Below, piece by piece: positions 58,610 to 64,000 of a stretch of 64,000 nt of DNA. The translations under genes and the position numbers were made by a program. The DNA is from Promethearchaeota archaeon. GTDB taxonomy: Archaea > Asgardarchaeota > Lokiarchaeia > Sigyniarchaeales > SOKP01. The notes under the pieces are model-generated. The model had not been told where the DNA came from, did not search any database, and was given only the letters and a program-made list of their open reading frames with translations. Location: contig JBHLOI010000009.1 of the NCBI GenBank assembly GCA_048940645.1, positions 1 to 64,000 of the forward strand. The letters run 5' to 3'. How positions within the stretch are numbered: position 1 is the stretch's first letter; each line of letters opens with the position of its first letter.

Positions 58610-59341
58610 TTAATAATCACTTAGAGTTTGGATTAACGCTTTAACAAAGGTATTTACAAACATTTTGCACCTCTCAAAGTTCACTCTAAGTTCTTTGGCG
58701 ATTTCAATTTGAATAGCATTGATCTTATCTTTATTGTAAAATTGGCGGGTAATATATCCACCAGAGTAAGGTAAGTTATAATTTGTCAAAGTTAAACCAT
58801 TGTCAACTAAAAATCTTCTTGATATTTCTTGTTCTAACTGGAAATAACCCCAATATTTATCACAATCTTCCTTATCTGATTCTTGAAATAATGATAGGCT
58901 ATTTCCAAAAAGATGACCAAAAATAATTTCTGGATAATCTCTTTCTGGTTTGGAAAAGCCATGAATGTCGAGAATTAGACATCGATCATAAGTAGACACA
59001 CATTCTAGGACAAATTTAATCAATTGATCGTGATATGCATGATATATATTACGAGCTTCATCTGAAGATTGATTAAATGCCATTTGAGAATGAGCAGGGC
59101 GATTAAGATCTATTTTACTTCTATGTACTTTATTTAAGATATAAAATATACTAACATTTAATTTTTGTTTTTTAAATTCATGGATTATTTGTTTTGCTAT
59201 AAAATATGTGTTTTTATCAGGAATCCGAGGTCCTTGTAATTTATCTGGTATTCTTCTTGGTTTTTTAAAACCTCCATGCGTACAAGATAAAATTATGGGT
59301 GATGTGCCTATTGAAATTTCAAAATACCGTTTCAAATCCAT
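58610..59341 (-). CDS. N-formylglutamate amidohydrolase-family protein
   Basis: SCTHGG, DLNR, YH, LDIHGF, YSGGYIT, AIQIEI. Confidence 0.85.
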   Translation of the reverse strand: MDLKRYFEISIGTSPIILSCTHGGFKKPRRIPDKLQGPRIPDKNTYFIAKQIIHEFKKQKLNVSIFYILNKVHRSKIDLNRPAHSQMAFNQSSDEARNIYHAYHDQLIKFVLECVSTYDRCLILDIHGFSKPERDYPEIIFGHLFGNSLSLFQESDKEDCDKYWGYFQLEQEISRRFLVDNGLTLTNYNLPYSGGYITRQFYNKDKINAIQIEIAKELRVNFERCKMFVNTFVKALIQTLSDY

Positions 59342-59573
59342 TTTGATTAAAGTTTTATTATCTATTTTAATTTGGTGAAATAAAATGAGGAATTATTCTT
59401 TTATTTTTTTATGTCGCTAAGCTGTTTTTATAAATCGTCAATAAGATGGCAAATTTTCGCTATGGGATTATAAAATATTTTCATAACCTTTTTTAACTGT
59501 AATAATTTTTCATAATTACAATTTAGTAAAATTTGTAACTACTATTTAATTAAAGAGTTAGGTAAGGGATATA

Positions 59574-59861
59574 ATGGCTATTGATGATCTTATTAGTTTC
59601 TTGAAGAAAAAGGGTTTTAGAGATACATTGACAGTGCTAACTCAATTTAAGAATTTCAAGGTTGATAAACACACCTTTTATAGTGAATTGAATAAATTTA
59701 GCTATTACAATTCTTTTTTCCGCGTCAAAGATGATCTAATTGATAAAGGATTAATCGAAATTGAGCAAAACAATAAAAAGAAATACGTAAAGCTGACTGA
59801 AAAAGGTTTAGATGTATACAATAGATTGGTTGAAATTAATAAATTGATAAATTCCAGATAG
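59574..59861 (+). CDS. Winged-helix DNA-binding protein
   Basis: DLIDKGLIEI...YVKLTEKG. Confidence 0.75.
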   Translation: MAIDDLISFLKKKGFRDTLTVLTQFKNFKVDKHTFYSELNKFSYYNSFFRVKDDLIDKGLIEIEQNNKKKYVKLTEKGLDVYNRLVEINKLINSR

Positions 59862-59953
59862 CACTGAAACGTATTTATCCAGTCAAATATTTTGACATCA
59901 TTTTTTTAAATTTCCTTTATTTTTTCATTAAAAATAATAAAAAAAATCAATTT

Positions 59954-60604
59954 GTGTCTAATAATAGAATTATGATACTTAAAAAACTTGTAGTTGGACC
60001 CCTATCAACTAATTGCTATGTTTTTGGTTCAGATGAAATAAATGAAGTGGTTATAATTGATCCTGGGGGTGATAGTGATCGAATTATTGAAACTGTTGAG
60101 AAATTTAAAGCAAAACCTATCGCTGTATTACTCACTCATACTCATTTTGATCATATATTGAAACTCGGAAAAATATTGCGTCATTTTAAAGTTCCGTTAA
60201 TGTATAATAAAAGGGAATTTGATTCAAAGGTTTTTACTCAAAAAGAAGCAGATAAATGGTTAGTTGAGGGAGATACCATAAAAATTGGTGAACTAAATCT
60301 GCACGTATTAGAAACACCAGGACATTCTCCCGGATCTTTATGTTTCTACTCAGATGATGTAAAAATGTACAAGGAATCAAAGATAGACGGAATTATCTTT
60401 TCAGGGGATTTAATATTTCGAAGAAGCATTGGGAGGTCTGATATCAATGGTGGTGACCCTAATCAATTATTTGAAAGTATTAAAAATAAGATAATGTATA
60501 ATAAGGCTTTCACTGATAACTTTTTAATTTTTCCGGGTCATATGGGTATAACATCTATAAAAGATGAACGCAAGTTGAATATGTTTAAAAATTACTTTCT
60601 TTAG
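59954..60604 (+). CDS. MBL-fold hydrolase (glyoxalase II-like)
   Basis: IDPG, THTHFDH, TPGHSPGS, SGDLIF, PGH. Confidence 0.92.
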   Translation: MSNNRIMILKKLVVGPLSTNCYVFGSDEINEVVIIDPGGDSDRIIETVEKFKAKPIAVLLTHTHFDHILKLGKILRHFKVPLMYNKREFDSKVFTQKEADKWLVEGDTIKIGELNLHVLETPGHSPGSLCFYSDDVKMYKESKIDGIIFSGDLIFRRSIGRSDINGGDPNQLFESIKNKIMYNKAFTDNFLIFPGHMGITSIKDERKLNMFKNYFL

Positions 60605-60737
60605 TGACTTTTAGCTTTTTCTTTACAAATTTTTTTAAATATTACCTTAATAAATAAGATGATAATTTTTTAAGTACATAATATATTATATTATTAAAAA
60701 TTAGTTTTCAATTAGGATTAATTGAGTGTAGATTGAT

Positions 60738-61022
60738 TTGATTAATAGAAGCGAAGTTAAAGCTATAATTCGTAGGTTTGAGGAGCGAGAAGGTATTAGG
60801 GGAGTTATCATCTGTGACTCAACAGGGTTACCCATAGATTCAAATATGGATATTAACATAACTGAAGAGGTAGCAGCTTATGTAACATCCTTGATTGGAA
60901 AAGGAAAACAAGTGGTTGATGCATTAAAGGAAGGTTCTCTAAAATTTATAAGATTAGAGACATCTAAGGGTGAAACTATGGTAGCATTAGAGAGCAATTT
61001 AATTCTAATCATATTAAAATAA
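60738..61022 (+). CDS. Roadblock/LC7 (LAMTOR2-like) protein
   Basis: GIRGVIICDSTGLPIDS; alpha-beta-beta-alpha-beta-beta-beta pattern. Confidence 0.88.
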   Translation: MINRSEVKAIIRRFEEREGIRGVIICDSTGLPIDSNMDINITEEVAAYVTSLIGKGKQVVDALKEGSLKFIRLETSKGETMVALESNLILIILK

Positions 61023-61260
61023 TCTCTGGGATTTTTTTTTAATTTTAAATTCTTCATACTATCGTTATTAAAATTATCTGAAAATTCTTAATTATTTAAC
61101 GAAATTATTGATGAATTGTTATTTCGATTTTCCTTTTTTATATATTTGATAAATTTAAATTTCTTTGAATTATATATATATTTAAGAAAAATTCTCCACT
61201 CAATTTAGAAAGGTATAACTAATTTTATAATAATTAAAAAGGAATAAAAGTTGAATATAG

Positions 61261-61611
61261 ATGGACAAAAAAGTAATTGAACAGAAGTTAGCAGAATTAA
61301 TGGATATCATACCTGAGTGTGAAGGATTAATTGCTGCAGATGCGAATGGTAAAGTTATTATTGGTCAAACTATAACTGAGACGGATCACAACGCTATAGC
61401 AAAAGCATGTACAAGCATTATAAAAGAGTCAAATACACTGGGAAAGGATATTAGTAAAGGTAAATTAAAAACCACTACTATCGAATTGGATGAGGGGTTT
61501 GCAGTTTTAGTAGGATCAGATGCGTTAATTTTAATTGCACTCGCTGGACTTGATGGTCGAGCTTCATTAAGTCTTTTAAAACGTAATTTGATTTCAATTT
61601 TAAATCTTTAA
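61261..61611 (+). CDS. Roadblock/LC7 (MglB-like) protein
   Basis: EGLIAADANGKVIIG; TIELDEG..VLV; C-terminal helix. Confidence 0.85.
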   Translation: MDKKVIEQKLAELMDIIPECEGLIAADANGKVIIGQTITETDHNAIAKACTSIIKESNTLGKDISKGKLKTTTIELDEGFAVLVGSDALILIALAGLDGRASLSLLKRNLISILNL

Positions 61612-61662
61612 TAAAAATATCCTCTTTTTTTAAAATAAAAAAAATAAGGAATTATTAATAGT

Positions 61663-64000
61663 TTAATTTTTCTTTTTTTCTTTAAGACCTTTTTCTTCTA
61701 ATAGAGAATCAAGATCAGTTTTTTCAGTTTTCTCTTTTTTCTTTATATCCGTAACTTTGACATATCTTCCTCGTTTACGTTTCTTCTTTTTTGGTTCCTC
61801 AACTGGGGTTTCTATTCGTTTTATCAGTTTTCTCATGATAGTATACATAATTATCCAGAATAAAACTATAACACTAATAATTATAAAAGTTAATAATGAA
61901 TTAATATAATCCATTAAGGGTATATCAAATACTTCAAAAGTAGCTGAAGCTAAAAATGTTAAATTCTCACCTGTTAGAATATTATGAGCATCAATAGAGA
62001 CATTAAAAATTATTTGGTTCATGGCAGGAACATCAATTTCGACAATAATCATTGTTGATTCATTTGGTCTTAATCGATTTAATTCAAGATAATTAATTCC
62101 AACGATTCTACTTGGTAGAGTAGGCTGGGTGATAATTGATATATTTGATGCAGGGATAGATAACTGAGAATCTCCCGTATTTAAAATGTTAATACTTATT
62201 GTGGCTTTTCTATTTCTGAATAAAAGGGGTGTATCTTTACGGATAGATAATGTGAGGTCATTAATTTCTCGATATAAAACAACAGTTACATTTTGAGAGT
62301 TGCTTAAGGTATAAATATCTCCTGACCAGGTTAATCTAAATATCAATTGATCTTCTTCATTTAAGGTTAATGTATCAATCTCAAAATTAATATTACCTTC
62401 ATTGCTAGAAAATTGAGAAGAAATTTGTTCCCATGAACTATCACCAAAATATTGAAGGGTAACATTCTTAAATGGAATAGCCTCTCCAAATTCAGTTGTT
62501 AGAAAGGCGCTAAGATTAAAAGTCTGACCTCGAATAGGTGTTATGGGATTTACTGTGATATTTGAAAATTTACTATTTTCTTTTAAAGTAAATGATGCAA
62601 TAAAATCATTATAACTACTCACATAATTTTCATCGAAAATATTGACAACAAATGTTGTTTGATTGGGTAAATAGATGCATTCCTCTCGTTCAAAGGGTTT
62701 TAATATATTTGCACCCGTAATTTCTCTATTATATTTTAAAGCCAGTAAGTAACCTTCAAAATCATTTTGAGTACTATTAACTATCAAGGCATAATTCTCA
62801 CTTCTGTATAGCCCCAATTCGACATCTTCATTTCCATATTTAATAATAATTGTTAGCTTAGTCATCACTCCGCCTTTTCTTACAGGTGCGTTAATGCCCT
62901 GCCAGATTCCATCATTCTCTAAATGTGGGATAGTGAGGTCTAGCACAAACTCTTGAGTATCTTGACCTAGAGGATATCCTTTCAATTTTAATGTTTTATA
63001 GCTTGAGGTAGCTTCGTCAATAATCCAATCCTCTTTTGCTAGTGAGACTAATTGTGCTTTAACTTTTACATCAACATCACTTAGTTCAAACATATTTTGA
63101 AGAGAAACATTCACCCTAATTTGTTCGTCAGGGTTTAGAATAGTTTCATTTTGGAGAAAACTGTTTAATTTAATTGGAATTTCTATATTTCCTATCTCAA
63201 AATTAAATACTTGGTTAATATTATAATTTTGAACAGGATAATAATTAGGTCTATCTGTCACATTAACAGTTCCTATAAGGATAGAATAATCTGTGTATAC
63301 TTCATCTACAGTACCATTAAGAATATTTTGATTTAAGGTGGGATAATAAACACAATCATCCATTTCTACATTATAAGTATCAATATATAGTTTGAGCTTT
63401 TTACAGCCAATAGCAGAACCATTAGTCCAAAAAAATCCTAAATAATAATTTCCGAAATAATTTAAAGTATTTCTGATTTGTAGAAGTGTATCATTATTAA
63501 AGTCATACCTTAACACATCACCCTTTATAATACCGGTTAAATCATCTCTTTCTCCACCTGGATACTCCCCACCAGGGATTTCAGGGTAGAACAATATTAC
63601 ATTAGCATCCCCGTCCTGTGGAGGATTACCATTTATATTTTGAATATCAACACTAGCTGTCATATCGTCTCCAAACATAAATCCGTTTGTTTCCCAAAAA
63701 ATTCCACCATAATTAATGAAGCTATGCATTTCATAAATAAGATTTGGACTTGTTAATTCTATAGTATAAGTTCCAGAATTTGCGTTCACTAAAGTTTTAT
63801 TTACTATAGTTTTATCATATCCTAATTTGTATATATCATCCGATTCTCCCTCAGTTTTATAATATAACTCATCCCCAATTGGATTAGTTAAATTATGCGC
63901 ATCGTAAGCACTCGGATATATAAACCAGAACTCAAGGAAATTCCAATCATCAAAATTAGAATGGATTAAACTTAAATCAAAACTTAAAGTCCACTCAGGT
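61663..64000 (-). CDS. Large membrane-anchored surface protein with Ig-like/CARDB-like domains (5'-partial)
   Basis: Frame open from 63789 to the window end; beta-rich with many NxS/T sequons; C-terminal TM followed by a Lys-rich tail. Confidence 0.75.
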   Translation of the reverse strand, partial: PEWTLSFDLSLIHSNFDDWNFLEFWFIYPSAYDAHNLTNPIGDELYYKTEGESDDIYKLGYDKTIVNKTLVNANSGTYTIELTSPNLIYEMHSFINYGGIFWETNGFMFGDDMTASVDIQNINGNPPQDGDANVILFYPEIPGGEYPGGERDDLTGIIKGDVLRYDFNNDTLLQIRNTLNYFGNYYLGFFWTNGSAIGCKKLKLYIDTYNVEMDDCVYYPTLNQNILNGTVDEVYTDYSILIGTVNVTDRPNYYPVQNYNINQVFNFEIGNIEIPIKLNSFLQNETILNPDEQIRVNVSLQNMFELSDVDVKVKAQLVSLAKEDWIIDEATSSYKTLKLKGYPLGQDTQEFVLDLTIPHLENDGIWQGINAPVRKGGVMTKLTIIIKYGNEDVELGLYRSENYALIVNSTQNDFEGYLLALKYNREITGANILKPFEREECIYLPNQTTFVVNIFDENYVSSYNDFIASFTLKENSKFSNITVNPITPIRGQTFNLSAFLTTEFGEAIPFKNVTLQYFGDSSWEQISSQFSSNEGNINFEIDTLTLNEEDQLIFRLTWSGDIYTLSNSQNVTVVLYREINDLTLSIRKDTPLLFRNRKATISINILNTGDSQLSIPASNISIITQPTLPSRIVGINYLELNRLRPNESTMIIVEIDVPAMNQIIFNVSIDAHNILTGENLTFLASATFEVFDIPLMDYINSLLTFIIISVIVLFWIIMYTIMRKLIKRIETPVEEPKKKKRKRGRYVKVTDIKKKEKTEKTDLDSLLEEKGLKEKKKN

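Overview
This is a very AT-rich archaeal window, most consistent with an Asgard archaeon of the Lokiarchaeia type. That inference rests on roadblock/longin proteins, a Rag/Arf-like GTPase, several LRR proteins, Fwd genes, GGTGA-type Shine-Dalgarno motifs, TATA boxes and poly-T terminators. I saw no rRNA, tRNA, CRISPR array or transposase. Metabolic content: a degenerate-looking fwdBDA cluster, an 'orange protein'-type NifB/NifX + MinD-4Fe4S ATPase + Mrp + DUF5320 cluster, a glycyl radical enzyme, crotonases, an Fe-ADH and transporters. The most striking feature is a set of single-pass receptor-like proteins that join modular ectodomains to different cytoplasmic outputs: two TIR domains with the catalytic Glu intact, a longin-like domain and a GNAT. 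The first TIR receptor lies tail-to-tail with a CorA-like/2TM-Nudix protein, which suggests a TIR to ADP-ribose to membrane-effector pathway. Other highlights: a tightly coupled three-gene operon (receptor-GNAT, kinase/SelO-like protein, coiled-coil protein), a palindromic operator (GAATAATTATTC) shared by distant promoters, two intergenic repeat families nested around one gene, a duplicated promoter+Zn-ribbon module, and probable non-canonical CTG/ATT starts. All product calls come from reading motifs by eye, with no database searches.
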